Assembly: GCA_902577905.1 (NCBI GenBank)
Contig: CACHAQ010000002.1
Location: 19,728-83,727, forward strand
Origin: an uncultured Alphaproteobacteria bacterium
GTDB taxonomy: Bacteria; Pseudomonadota; Alphaproteobacteria; HIMB59; GCA-002718135
Direction of reading: 5' to 3'
DNA length: 64,000 bases
Of the stretch, positions 20,194 to 29,616 are shown piece by piece. The notes below the pieces were generated by a model, which saw only the letters and a list, made by a program, of their open reading frames with translations, was not told the origin of the DNA and made no database searches. Each line of letters starts with the position of its first letter. Position 1 is the stretch's first letter. The translations under genes were made by a program, and so were the position numbers.

Positions 20194-21476
20194 AATCGAT
20201 CTGGTGCATAAGCGCTAATATCAATATTTGGCACTTGATCTTTTGATAAACTATCAATAATTTTTCCAGTTACAGCTCCTAATGTCCAACCAACATGTTG
20301 ATGTCCAAATGCATAAATGACATTATTGTTGTTTTGAGACTTTCCAATAACAGGTAATGAATCTGGTAAAGTTGGCCTTCTACCCATCCATGTTGATTTA
20401 ACTTCTCGTAATTGAGGCAAAACCTTTCTTGATTGTCTTTCAATCATTGCAAGCCGTTTTTTATTTGGAGGTTTTTTTAATCCAGCAATTTCAACAGTAC
20501 CGGCAGCTCTTATACCATCATGAATTTGGATCAAATAAAATCCAGATTCAGACCATGCCACTGGACGATTAATAAGTTTTTCATTTGTATCAAATAAAAT
20601 GTGATACCCTCTTTCGGTATCGAGTGGGAACTTATCTCCAAATTTATTTGCAATTTGATTTGACCAAGCTCCAGTGCTAACAATTATTTTATCAAAATAA
20701 AAATTTTTGTCTTCTAAACGTAATTCTATTTTGTTTTCTTTCTGTATAATATTTTTTACATTTTGATTGATATAAATACCACCTAACTCTAAAAACTTAT
20801 CAAAAATTTTATTACTTATAGCTAATGGATTTGTTGTATGTCTAGATCCTGTAAAAATTTGACCTGCATAATAAACATCAGCAATATTGGGTTCTAATTC
20901 TTTAACTTCATTTTTATTTAAATTTCTTACTTTAACATTATTATTTTTCCTTATAACATTTGCATACTCATTATCTTCAAATGATTTTTTAGAATCAAAT
21001 AGATAAAGGTTTTCTTCATGGCTTATATATTCACTAACATCTACATCTTGAAAAATTTCATCATAAGATATTTGAGAATGTTTTAATAAATTGGTGAGTG
21101 AACTTGCAATTTCATTAACCTTTTCTTTGTTACAATTTTTTAAAAAACTTATTGCCCAAGGTAAATTCTTTAAAATATAAAATAAATCTATTGCTAATGG
21201 TCCATCTTTTCTAAGCAACATAGAAGGTATATCCCAAATTAATCCTGGATAATTCACAGGGACATTTGCATAATCAGCAAAACTACAGGCATGACCAAAA
21301 CTCGTCATTGTACCTGGTTTTTCTTTATCAATTAAAGTTACATTAAATCCAGATTTTTTTAAAAAATATGCGCTACATATACCAACTATACCAGCACCAA
21401 TAACAGCAATGTTCTTCACTGTTCTATCGAGCTTTAATACCTCTGAGTTTTTCAGATCTTCTTCTAAGTACTTCAA
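20190..21476 (-). CDS. FAD-dependent oxidoreductase (DadA/PuuB-like amine or D-amino-acid oxidoreductase)
   Basis: The N-terminal dinucleotide fold is NIAVIGAGIVGICSAYFL. The ATG at 21476 overlaps the upstream permease by 53 nt. A GTG at 21417-21419 (VKNIAVIGAG) would start 4 nt after that stop and is a plausible true start. Confidence 0.75.
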   Translation of the reverse strand: MKYLEEDLKNSEVLKLDRTVKNIAVIGAGIVGICSAYFLKKSGFNVTLIDKEKPGTMTSFGHACSFADYANVPVNYPGLIWDIPSMLLRKDGPLAIDLFYILKNLPWAISFLKNCNKEKVNEIASSLTNLLKHSQISYDEIFQDVDVSEYISHEENLYLFDSKKSFEDNEYANVIRKNNNVKVRNLNKNEVKELEPNIADVYYAGQIFTGSRHTTNPLAISNKIFDKFLELGGIYINQNVKNIIQKENKIELRLEDKNFYFDKIIVSTGAWSNQIANKFGDKFPLDTERGYHILFDTNEKLINRPVAWSESGFYLIQIHDGIRAAGTVEIAGLKKPPNKKRLAMIERQSRKVLPQLREVKSTWMGRRPTLPDSLPVIGKSQNNNNVIYAFGHQHVGWTLGAVTGKIIDSLSKDQVPNIDISAYAPDRF

Positions 21477-22320
21477 CTGTAGTTAATAAGAATATAGAGA
21501 GAAGTACTAAACATGTTGCCATACATAAAATAACAGGGCTAATTTCTTGTCGTATTCCGGCCCACATTTGTTTTGGAATAGTTAACTGATCAATACTTGC
21601 CATAAACATAACTATAACAACTTCATCAAAGGATGTAATAAAAGCAAATAAAGCTCCTGATATAATACCTGGTAAAATCAACGGCATAATGACTTTAAAA
21701 AATGTTCTCATTGGTTTAGCACCTAAACTTTGTGCAGCTTTTACCATATTCATATCAAAACCAACTAATGTTGCCGTTACAGTAATTACTACGAAGGGTG
21801 TAGCAAGAGCAACGTGTGCAAGAATTACACCTGTGAAAGTATAAACAAGATTTATTCTTGCATAGAAGAAGAACATTCCTGCAGCTGTTATAATTAGTGG
21901 AACGATCATTGGTGAAATTAAGATTGCCATTATCAAACCTTTATATGGCATGTGTGGCCTACTTAATCCTAATGCGGCTAATGTGCCTAAGGCTGTAGCA
22001 ATAACAGTTGCTATGATACCAATATAAAAACTATTTACTGTACCTTTCATCCATTTTGTTGAACAGGGAACAGTGGAGGAAACAACATCAGCACTACAAT
22101 CACCAATCATATTTCTATACCATCTAATTGACCATGCTTCTGGATCAGGAGGCCAAGCAAGCATTCCTTCAGTAAAAACCATAAAAGGAGAAACACTAAA
22201 AGATATTGGAATAATTGCAAATAGTGGAGCTATTAAAAAAAAGAAAACTACCGTACAAAAAAATAAGTAAAAATAATAGTAGGTTCTTTGAACTGGTGAT
22301 GCGTAACTTGGGAGAGCCAT
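21424..22320 (-). CDS. ABC transporter permease (PotC-like)
   Basis: 298 aa polytopic protein with EAA-type loop (VKAAQSLGAKPMRTFFKVIMPL). Confidence 0.8.
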   Translation of the reverse strand: MALPSYASPVQRTYYYFYLFFCTVVFFFLIAPLFAIIPISFSVSPFMVFTEGMLAWPPDPEAWSIRWYRNMIGDCSADVVSSTVPCSTKWMKGTVNSFYIGIIATVIATALGTLAALGLSRPHMPYKGLIMAILISPMIVPLIITAAGMFFFYARINLVYTFTGVILAHVALATPFVVITVTATLVGFDMNMVKAAQSLGAKPMRTFFKVIMPLILPGIISGALFAFITSFDEVVIVMFMASIDQLTIPKQMWAGIRQEISPVILCMATCLVLLSIFLLTTVEVLRRRSEKLRGIKAR

Positions 22321-22324
22321 ACTG

Positions 22325-23602
22325 TTATCCTAACTTTATGTTGTCTATTCCGACAATTTTATTGTAAAGCCAATAGAAGATCAGCATTATACCAAGAAGT
22401 ATAGCGCCAAGAGCAGCACACAATCCCCAGTTAAGTGTTGTTTTTAAATGATAAGCAATCCAACTCCCAATCAATTTACCATCTTTTCCGCCAACTAATT
22501 CAGGTGTTATAAAATACCCAATGGCAAGTACAAAAACCAATAAACCACCAGCACTTATACCTGGAATAGTCTGAGGTAAGTAAACTCGCAAAAATGCAGT
22601 TACAGGTTTTGCTCCTAAATTTTGAGCAGCTCTCATGTGGCTTTTTGGAATAACCCTCATAACACTGTACAAAGGTAAAATCATAAATGGTAATAAAATT
22701 TGAGTCATTGCTATTAATGTTCCAACTTCATTATAAACCATTTGTATTCGACCATCGTCGCTTATAACGCCTAACCAAACTAAAATTCCATTTATAACTC
22801 CATTTTGTTGAAGCATTACAATCCATGCTGTTGTTCTCACAAGTAAAGAGGTCCAAAATGGAAGTAATACAAAAATCATCAGAAGATTGCTGTATCTTAG
22901 AGGTAAATTAGCTAAGAGATGAGCAACCGGGAAACCTAGAATTAGGCAAAAAATTGTTACATATATACTTACCTTAAAAGTTCTAAGCCATGTTTTAATA
23001 TACATTCTTCTTTTTTCATCTTGTAAAACGACATCTCCATCTTCATCAAATGTTCTATCGAGAGCATTCCAATAATAAATTGAAGATCTATCTTTTACCA
23101 TTTGATTAAATGAGTACCAATAAGTTGGATCCGCCCACAGCTTATTTATATTAATAAATGTATCCTTATAAGAAACTGGTTCTTCGCCTTTTTTTACAAT
23201 TTTTTTTATTTCTCTAGTTGTTTTTTTTATTAAACTTTTCCAACCAGATTTTGCATAATTCATTCTTGTTAAAGCTTTACCTATTTGTCTCTTGTCTCCA
23301 TTAGCTAATTCAAAAAAAAGACTTTTATATACTTCTTCAGGTGGTAGTTCGTCAGCTCCTTTATCCCAATTTTTGTATTCATCAAAAGTATTAGGAAAAA
23401 CTGAATTGATTTGACTATCATCAACGCTCCTAAGAAGCATATCTCCAATAGGCATTACAAAAGTTACAAAAATGAAAAGGAGTAAAGGAAAAACAAGAAG
23501 AAATGCACGAAGTTTATTTCTTCTTTCAGCCTTACGAAGACTTTGTTTGAGTGGAATTCCGTCTGTTGTTAATAATTCCGCTGTAGAAATAGGAACCTCC
23601 AA
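22325..23602 (-). CDS. ABC transporter permease (PotB-like) with a ~150-aa loop between TM1 and TM2
   Basis: 425 aa with EAA loop MRAAQNLGAKPVTAFLRVYLPQ. There is no in-frame ATG before residue ~50 (inside TM1). The track start is a TTG at 23602 directly after the terminator T-tract, and a GGAGG lies at 23595-23599. Confidence 0.75.
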   Translation of the reverse strand: MEVPISTAELLTTDGIPLKQSLRKAERRNKLRAFLLVFPLLLFIFVTFVMPIGDMLLRSVDDSQINSVFPNTFDEYKNWDKGADELPPEEVYKSLFFELANGDKRQIGKALTRMNYAKSGWKSLIKKTTREIKKIVKKGEEPVSYKDTFININKLWADPTYWYSFNQMVKDRSSIYYWNALDRTFDEDGDVVLQDEKRRMYIKTWLRTFKVSIYVTIFCLILGFPVAHLLANLPLRYSNLLMIFVLLPFWTSLLVRTTAWIVMLQQNGVINGILVWLGVISDDGRIQMVYNEVGTLIAMTQILLPFMILPLYSVMRVIPKSHMRAAQNLGAKPVTAFLRVYLPQTIPGISAGGLLVFVLAIGYFITPELVGGKDGKLIGSWIAYHLKTTLNWGLCAALGAILLGIMLIFYWLYNKIVGIDNIKLG

Positions 23603-23630
23603 ATAAAAAGGCGAGATAATTCTCGCCTTT
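23601..23630 (-). terminator. Rho-independent terminator/attenuator between the binding-protein and permease genes
   Basis: Perfect 10-bp stem aaaggcgaga (23607-23616), loop taat, tctcgccttt (23621-23630). On the minus strand the hairpin is followed by TTTTTATTT. It lies 31 nt after the binding-protein stop codon. Confidence 0.7.
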
Positions 23631-23661
23631 AGATTAAATTACAAATTTTATTTTTTCAAGC

Positions 23662-24765
23662 TTAGTTACCCATCCAAGCAGCATAACGCTCATTAATTTC
23701 TGCACCGTAATCTGACCACCATTGAGGATCACTTACGATTGAAACTTTTAAACGTTCTGGTGTGTTAGGCATGTGAGGCATAATATCAACACCTCCTGGT
23801 CCCCAAGGCTCATTATTTTGAATGATTGGGATACCAGATGCTCTCATTGGTCCATATGTAATATATTTAGCTTGTTCAGCTTGAGCTTCAGGAGTTGAAG
23901 CATGCATCATAAAGTCAATAGCAGCATCTCTATTAGGAGCTCCAGCAGTTAGACAAAGATACTCTTGATCTAAAACCTGACCTTCCCAAATATACTCAAA
24001 GTTTTCACCTTCAGCTAAATTTGCTGCACCTACACGACCGTTATATGCAACAGCCATAATAACTTCACCACTTTTTACTAACTCAAGTGGTTGTGAACCA
24101 GCAGACCAGAAAACAACATCGTCCTTAATTCTGTCCATAACTTCAAATGCTCTATCAATAGCACCTGTTTGGTTAGCTAAAACAGTTGGTACTGCATTTG
24201 GACTTACTCCATCTGCTACCATTGCTTTTTCGATTATACCTGTTGCCCAAGTATGAATACCTCTTTTGCCAGGAAATTTTTCTGTATCAAAAAAATCTGC
24301 CATACTGTCTGGTTTTTCACCTGGGAATGCATCTGGATCGTAAAATACTACGTATGTCCAAAAGATTTGTGGTACACAACAGTCCCAACCAGAGTGGTAT
24401 TCAAGACCATTATTTTCCATATCTTCTGCAATTGACTCACCGTCAGGACCAGGAACACCTAAAGTAGCAATTTCACTTGAAATATCTTCAAATAATCCTT
24501 CATCACATCCAGTTATTGCATCAGATGGTAAAACATCTACTAAATCCCAAGTAACGCTTCCACTTTCTACTTGAGCTCTTACTTCACCTAAACCTCCGTT
24601 GTAGTTTTCAAATACAATTGAGCTAGGATCAGAGTATGTATCAGCATAAGCTTTTTGTTGACTTTCTGTATAAGCACCACCCCATGATGCAACCGTTACA
24701 GCGCTAGCTGCAAAAGGAGCAAATACAAGTGACACAAATAAGAAGGCTTTTAAAAATTTAGACAT
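23662..24765 (-). CDS. Periplasmic substrate-binding protein, PotD/PotF (polyamine/amine) family
   Basis: 367 aa with signal peptide MSKFLKAFLFVSLVFAPFAASA. Strongly acidic, with about 11 Lys by my count. An AGGAGGA Shine-Dalgarno lies upstream. The gene looks richer in G+C than its neighbours by eye. Confidence 0.8.
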   Translation of the reverse strand: MSKFLKAFLFVSLVFAPFAASAVTVASWGGAYTESQQKAYADTYSDPSSIVFENYNGGLGEVRAQVESGSVTWDLVDVLPSDAITGCDEGLFEDISSEIATLGVPGPDGESIAEDMENNGLEYHSGWDCCVPQIFWTYVVFYDPDAFPGEKPDSMADFFDTEKFPGKRGIHTWATGIIEKAMVADGVSPNAVPTVLANQTGAIDRAFEVMDRIKDDVVFWSAGSQPLELVKSGEVIMAVAYNGRVGAANLAEGENFEYIWEGQVLDQEYLCLTAGAPNRDAAIDFMMHASTPEAQAEQAKYITYGPMRASGIPIIQNNEPWGPGGVDIMPHMPNTPERLKVSIVSDPQWWSDYGAEINERYAAWMGN

Positions 24766-24896
24766 ATATATCCTCCTATTTTTAATTATTTAATCTTAAG
24801 ATTATGTCCGTAATGCGAGTGTAATAACATGTCGTTAAATGAAAAAAAAGGGGTAAAAGTAAAAAATTTTGGCTAAATATAAAGAAAAAAGTATAA

Positions 24897-25985
24897 TTAC
24901 AGATCTAATGCTCGAACATCCTCAGAATTCCAGCTTAATTTAAGTTCGTCACCTTCTTTATGATTAAAACTTCCTTCATTTGGAACCTTGACTATGAATT
25001 CATTATTTCCACAAACATCAAGCCTAGCCCTAATATGATCACCTAAGTAAATTAATTCTTCAATTTTTCCTGAAAAATTGTTGGAACCAGATGCTGAATT
25101 ATCTATTGAAACACGTTCTGGTCTAATAGATAGTTGAGTTTTCTCTCCAACTTCATTCACATTAATTTTTAACGCTTTAACCATTCCAAATCCACCATCT
25201 AACTCAACAGTACATGAGGATCCATTCACTTCCCTAACAACACCATTAAGTGTATTATTTTCACCTATAAATTTTGCAACAAAAGAATTTTCAGGTTTTT
25301 CATACAAGATATCAGGTGTGGATAATTGTTGTACAATCCCATCATTGAATACAGCAATTCTATTAGACATTGTTAATGCTTCACTTTGATCATGAGTAAC
25401 ATAGACAACTGTTATGCCAATCCTATCATGAATATGTTTTATTTCGTATTGCATCTGTTCGCGTAAATTCTTATCGAGTGCACCTAAAGGCTCATCCATT
25501 AATACTAGACGTGGTTCAAATACCAGTGCTCTGGCCAAAGCGACTCTTTGCTGTTGTCCACCAGATAATTGAGCTGGAAATCTTGTACCAAAATTACCTA
25601 ACTCAACCATATCAAGTGCTTTCTGCACTTTTTCTTTAATGTCTGGTTTTGAAATTTTTCTCACTTCTAGCGGAAATGACAAATTTTCCGCAACAGTCAT
25701 ATGAGGAAATAAAGCATAGTTTTGAAAAACCATTCCAATTTCTCTCTCATAGGGTGGTATTTTACTTATTGGTTTAGTATCTAAAAATATTTCACCGTTT
25801 GTAGGTGTTTCAAAACCAGCTAACATCATCAAGGTTGTTGTTTTACCTGATCCTGATGGACCCAACATTGTTACAAACTCACCCTTAGCAATATCCAAGT
25901 TTAAGTTTTTTACTACTAGTACTTCTCCATCATAACTTTTATCGATCTTTTCAAATTTAACGAAACTTTGAGATGTGTCATTCAT
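24897..25985 (-). CDS. ABC transporter ATP-binding protein (PotA-like, with C-terminal TOBE-like domain)
   Basis: Walker A GPSGSGKTT, signature LSGGQQQRVALARAL, Walker B LVLMDEPL. The start is placed at the ATG at 25983-25985 (MNDTSQSF); the 14-codon extension in the track is unlikely. Confidence 0.85.
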   Translation of the reverse strand: MNDTSQSFVKFEKIDKSYDGEVLVVKNLNLDIAKGEFVTMLGPSGSGKTTTLMMLAGFETPTNGEIFLDTKPISKIPPYEREIGMVFQNYALFPHMTVAENLSFPLEVRKISKPDIKEKVQKALDMVELGNFGTRFPAQLSGGQQQRVALARALVFEPRLVLMDEPLGALDKNLREQMQYEIKHIHDRIGITVVYVTHDQSEALTMSNRIAVFNDGIVQQLSTPDILYEKPENSFVAKFIGENNTLNGVVREVNGSSCTVELDGGFGMVKALKINVNEVGEKTQLSIRPERVSIDNSASGSNNFSGKIEELIYLGDHIRARLDVCGNNEFIVKVPNEGSFNHKEGDELKLSWNSEDVRALDL

Positions 25986-26050
25986 AATATATATTGTAAT
26001 GAAGCTTGAATAACTGCATGAAAACAAATAGTCAAAAGTTAATTTAAAAA

Positions 26051-26914
26051 ATGTTCATATTTGGAGTGATTTTTGCTTTAGTTGCTGGAATTTTGTTTGG
26101 CTTAATTGGTCCTACTACAAAAATAGCATATAATTCTGGTGCTTCTGTGGCATTGACTATTTTTTTACGTTACGCAGTTGCCTCGATAATTATATTACCT
26201 TTTATCCCTTATCAAAATAATCTATTAGAAATTTTTAAAAAGAACCTAAAATATTTTTTATCTATATCAGCGGGTTCAATATTTTTAACGCTTGGATTAT
26301 TAACTTCAGTTATATTTATTGAAGTTAGTTTAACAATTCTTATTTTTTGCCTCTATCCAATATATGTTCTTTTATTTTCTATTATTGTCGATAAAGAAAA
26401 AATTTCATTAACTGTAAAGATTCTCTTTTTTGTTACATTTTTAGGAATTATTTTAGTTATAGGGCCATCTTTTAAAGTCATAAATATAGTAGGTATTCTT
26501 TTAGCTTTTCTTGCCTCACTGGGATCAACTGGTATGATTATAGTAAATCAAAAAATGTCTATTAAAGGTATTTCACCAATTCCAATTAATATCTTTATAA
26601 ATTTTTTTAATACTTTTTTCTTCTTTGTAATATTAAAAATATTTTTTTCTTTAAATTTTAATTTTGATATCAATATTTATCTTTTAATTTTAATTCCTTC
26701 GGTATGTTATAGCTTTGCACTTTTATCACAATTAATTGCTATCCCAAAGATTGGACAATCATATACTGCTTTATTTTTGTATTTAGAACCAGTGGTAGGT
26801 GTTCTTGGGGCTGTTTTTTTATTAAAAGAAAATTTAGAAACTTATCAAATGATTGGTGCTTCGATTGTAATAATAAGTTTGCTATCAGCTTCTTTTATTA
26901 GTCGTAGAAACTAA
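26051..26914 (+). CDS. EamA/DMT-family transporter
   Basis: 287 aa with about 10 predicted hydrophobic helices arranged as two EamA-like halves. Confidence 0.7.
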   Translation: MFIFGVIFALVAGILFGLIGPTTKIAYNSGASVALTIFLRYAVASIIILPFIPYQNNLLEIFKKNLKYFLSISAGSIFLTLGLLTSVIFIEVSLTILIFCLYPIYVLLFSIIVDKEKISLTVKILFFVTFLGIILVIGPSFKVINIVGILLAFLASLGSTGMIIVNQKMSIKGISPIPINIFINFFNTFFFFVILKIFFSLNFNFDINIYLLILIPSVCYSFALLSQLIAIPKIGQSYTALFLYLEPVVGVLGAVFLLKENLETYQMIGASIVIISLLSASFISRRN

Positions 26915-27897
26915 AATTGATTTTTCATAAAGTTAAACCAATTCTGACCTATTATTTTTGTAGAAACTTTTTCTGGAATATTATTTTCACACATTAAATA
27001 AAATAAATTATTTAAGTCACTTGGTTGCTTATACCAACTTGGTAACTTAGGCCAATTTGGATTTTTATCTTTAGATTCTCCATAGTCGATATTTTTGGTC
27101 CACTTTCCATTTCTCATCCACATAACTACATCATCAGGCCAATTTAAACAAAGATCAGAACCTATTCCAATATTGTCTTCACCAATTAGGTTTACTAGCT
27201 CCTTAATCATTTCACAAAAATCTTCTATAGTACAATCACCTAAATTTTTAAGATGGTAAGGATATAAACTTAACCCAATAAAACCATTTTTTTTAACAAG
27301 TTTTTGTAAAATATCAGTATCAATGTTTCTTTTAGATTTATGAAAGAAATTTGGATTAGCATGAGAAATTGCCACAGGTTTATTTGAGAATTCAATAGCA
27401 TCAAGACAAGTTTGCTTTCCTGCATGACTTAAATCTACAATCATGCCAAATCTATTCATTTCTTCAATAACAGCTTTTCCAAATCGTGAAACACCTGAGT
27501 CTTTAGGTTCAAAACATCCTCCAGCAAGTGGGGTTTGATTATTATAGGTGAGTTGCATAAATCTCACACCTGCTTCAAAAAATTTTTCAATTAAAAATAT
27601 ATCATTCGCAATAGGAGCAGAATTTTGAAAACCAAAAATAATTGCAACTTTATTATTTTTTTTAGCATCCAAAATATCTTCGGTAGTTTTTGCGTGGGCA
27701 ATAATATCATGATGCTCTTTAAAAAGACGGTGCCAATAATTTATTTTTTCAAAAGACTCTTCAGTATTTTCCCAATACACTAATGTCGCATGAATTGCAT
27801 TTAATCCAGCTTGGTGGGCATTTTCAAATAATTCCCTATTCCAGTTACAATATTCCAATCCATCAATTAGAAGTATATCTTCACTTATTTTTGACAT
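26911..27897 (-). CDS. Renal/membrane dipeptidase (M19, COG2355) homologue with substituted metal ligands
   Basis: 328 aa aligning by eye to human renal dipeptidase blocks: LIDGLEYCN (vs VIDGHNDLP), IIFGFQNS (vs LIGVEGGH), VDLSHAG, AISHANP, IGIGSDL. Confidence 0.7.
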   Translation of the reverse strand: MSKISEDILLIDGLEYCNWNRELFENAHQAGLNAIHATLVYWENTEESFEKINYWHRLFKEHHDIIAHAKTTEDILDAKKNNKVAIIFGFQNSAPIANDIFLIEKFFEAGVRFMQLTYNNQTPLAGGCFEPKDSGVSRFGKAVIEEMNRFGMIVDLSHAGKQTCLDAIEFSNKPVAISHANPNFFHKSKRNIDTDILQKLVKKNGFIGLSLYPYHLKNLGDCTIEDFCEMIKELVNLIGEDNIGIGSDLCLNWPDDVVMWMRNGKWTKNIDYGESKDKNPNWPKLPSWYKQPSDLNNLFYLMCENNIPEKVSTKIIGQNWFNFMKNQF

Positions 27898-27951
27898 AGA
27901 TTAATACTTCTATTAATGAAAAAACCAAAATTAACTATAGATATTTTATAA

Positions 27952-29616
27952 ATGCTACAAAAAGTAAGAGAAAACGATAACTACATGAAACTATCAAGAA
28001 TGGGTTCACGCTATCCTTCTCGGCTTAGTTTTTCTAGAAGTATGTTAAGAAGATTGATCAACGACAACTGGGAAATACATAAGTCGAAATTTGATTTAGA
28101 TAAACATGGTTTCGGCACGGTTGTTTATGAAATAATTATTAATAAGCAAACTTATTCACTTGTATGTTTCTCTGCTTTTCTAGATGATAAGGATAGAAGT
28201 GATAGAGTTATCGCTAGTAAATGGGATACAGCCTATACGTTACATGTAGGTAAATTATCTGATCAAGATCTAAATAGATTAAAAAAAACAATTCCTCTTC
28301 AAGAATCAGGTCGTAATTCTCCAGATGAGTTAATTCTTAGCAGAGCAAATAAAAGTGTAAGATTGTTTCAGTATGTTGTCGATTGTCTTTCAAATGGTAA
28401 TCAGCCAGATATTTACGAAATAAATAAAGTTGGCTATTTGTTAAGAACTACTGCTGTTTATGGTAGTGGTAAATTTGGATTATCAGATTTTACTAATACA
28501 AAAAATACAACTGTTTTCAATCAGCCCTTTAGAGCAGAAATGTTATCAGTTTATTTAATTAGAGAATTCAGTATTGAATTAGTTGAACATGTTGCAAGGC
28601 AAATAAACCCAAAAAAAGCAGTAAAGTTAGATAGAAAAATTAAACAACATTTAGGTATTGGTAATTCAACAGGTTTAGGTATGGCGCCTTTTATCATTAA
28701 ACATCCAAAGTTGATTAATAAGTGGATGAAACAGTACACAAAGACATTAGAAGAAATTTCTCAAATTGAGTTAGATAATATAGTTTTCGAAAAATATAAA
28801 AACCTTTTGAATAAAGCTCTAAATTATCTTGAAGAAGTTAACACAAGTGATGAATTCCAAATTAATAAAAATAAATTAACTACTGAAGATTTAAAAAAAT
28901 ATATTTCCTACATTAATGACCTAGATCTTTCTCAAAAATTTAAATGGTTAGATATTTTAGATTATTGTGATTCGAATTTTAATAATGATACTAAGGAAAT
29001 TGCAAGAGTACAACTAATTGAATTATATCCTCAAATATCAGAAGAGTTAGCAGAAGATATGGCAGATGAGGAGATAATGGATATTGATGGAAATCAATCT
29101 ATTGGAGATTTGAAAAAAATAATCAATGATAAATATTCTTGGATAAAAAATATTGATTTTAATAATAAAGATAGCAATTATTTATTTTGGTATGTTTCAG
29201 CAGCTAAGTTAGAACCTAGATTAGGTGAAAGATATAATGAACAAGGAAGTGAATTGGAGCAAAATCTAGGAATTGCAAAAATGGTTAATGATTTATTTAA
29301 GCAAATTAAAAATGTAGATGAAAATCAATTAATTTGTGAATTTTTGTTAATGCATCCAGAATACAGAGGAATTGTTAAGAGAATTCAATCTTTAAAAAAT
29401 TATCCTTTTTCAGAAGTTCAAGATAATGTTCTTGATAAAAAAACAATGCCAATTGATATGTTAAGATTTAAGTTATCTTTTTTTGGAGCAAATCGTTATG
29501 ATCCTAAGTCAGATAGATGGTTAAGAGTAAGTTTTTTTTCTGGAGCCCCTTATTTATCAGATCTGAATAATAAAAATGTTGATGAATGGGGTTTTGCAAC
29601 AATGAGTACATATTAA
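27952..29616 (+). CDS. Hypothetical protein, soluble, no recognised domain
   Basis: 554-aa uninterrupted ORF in an AT-rich genome. I see no TM segments, signal peptide or catalytic motif. It is translationally linked to the next ORF. Confidence 0.6.
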   Translation: MLQKVRENDNYMKLSRMGSRYPSRLSFSRSMLRRLINDNWEIHKSKFDLDKHGFGTVVYEIIINKQTYSLVCFSAFLDDKDRSDRVIASKWDTAYTLHVGKLSDQDLNRLKKTIPLQESGRNSPDELILSRANKSVRLFQYVVDCLSNGNQPDIYEINKVGYLLRTTAVYGSGKFGLSDFTNTKNTTVFNQPFRAEMLSVYLIREFSIELVEHVARQINPKKAVKLDRKIKQHLGIGNSTGLGMAPFIIKHPKLINKWMKQYTKTLEEISQIELDNIVFEKYKNLLNKALNYLEEVNTSDEFQINKNKLTTEDLKKYISYINDLDLSQKFKWLDILDYCDSNFNNDTKEIARVQLIELYPQISEELAEDMADEEIMDIDGNQSIGDLKKIINDKYSWIKNIDFNNKDSNYLFWYVSAAKLEPRLGERYNEQGSELEQNLGIAKMVNDLFKQIKNVDENQLICEFLLMHPEYRGIVKRIQSLKNYPFSEVQDNVLDKKTMPIDMLRFKLSFFGANRYDPKSDRWLRVSFFSGAPYLSDLNNKNVDEWGFATMSTY

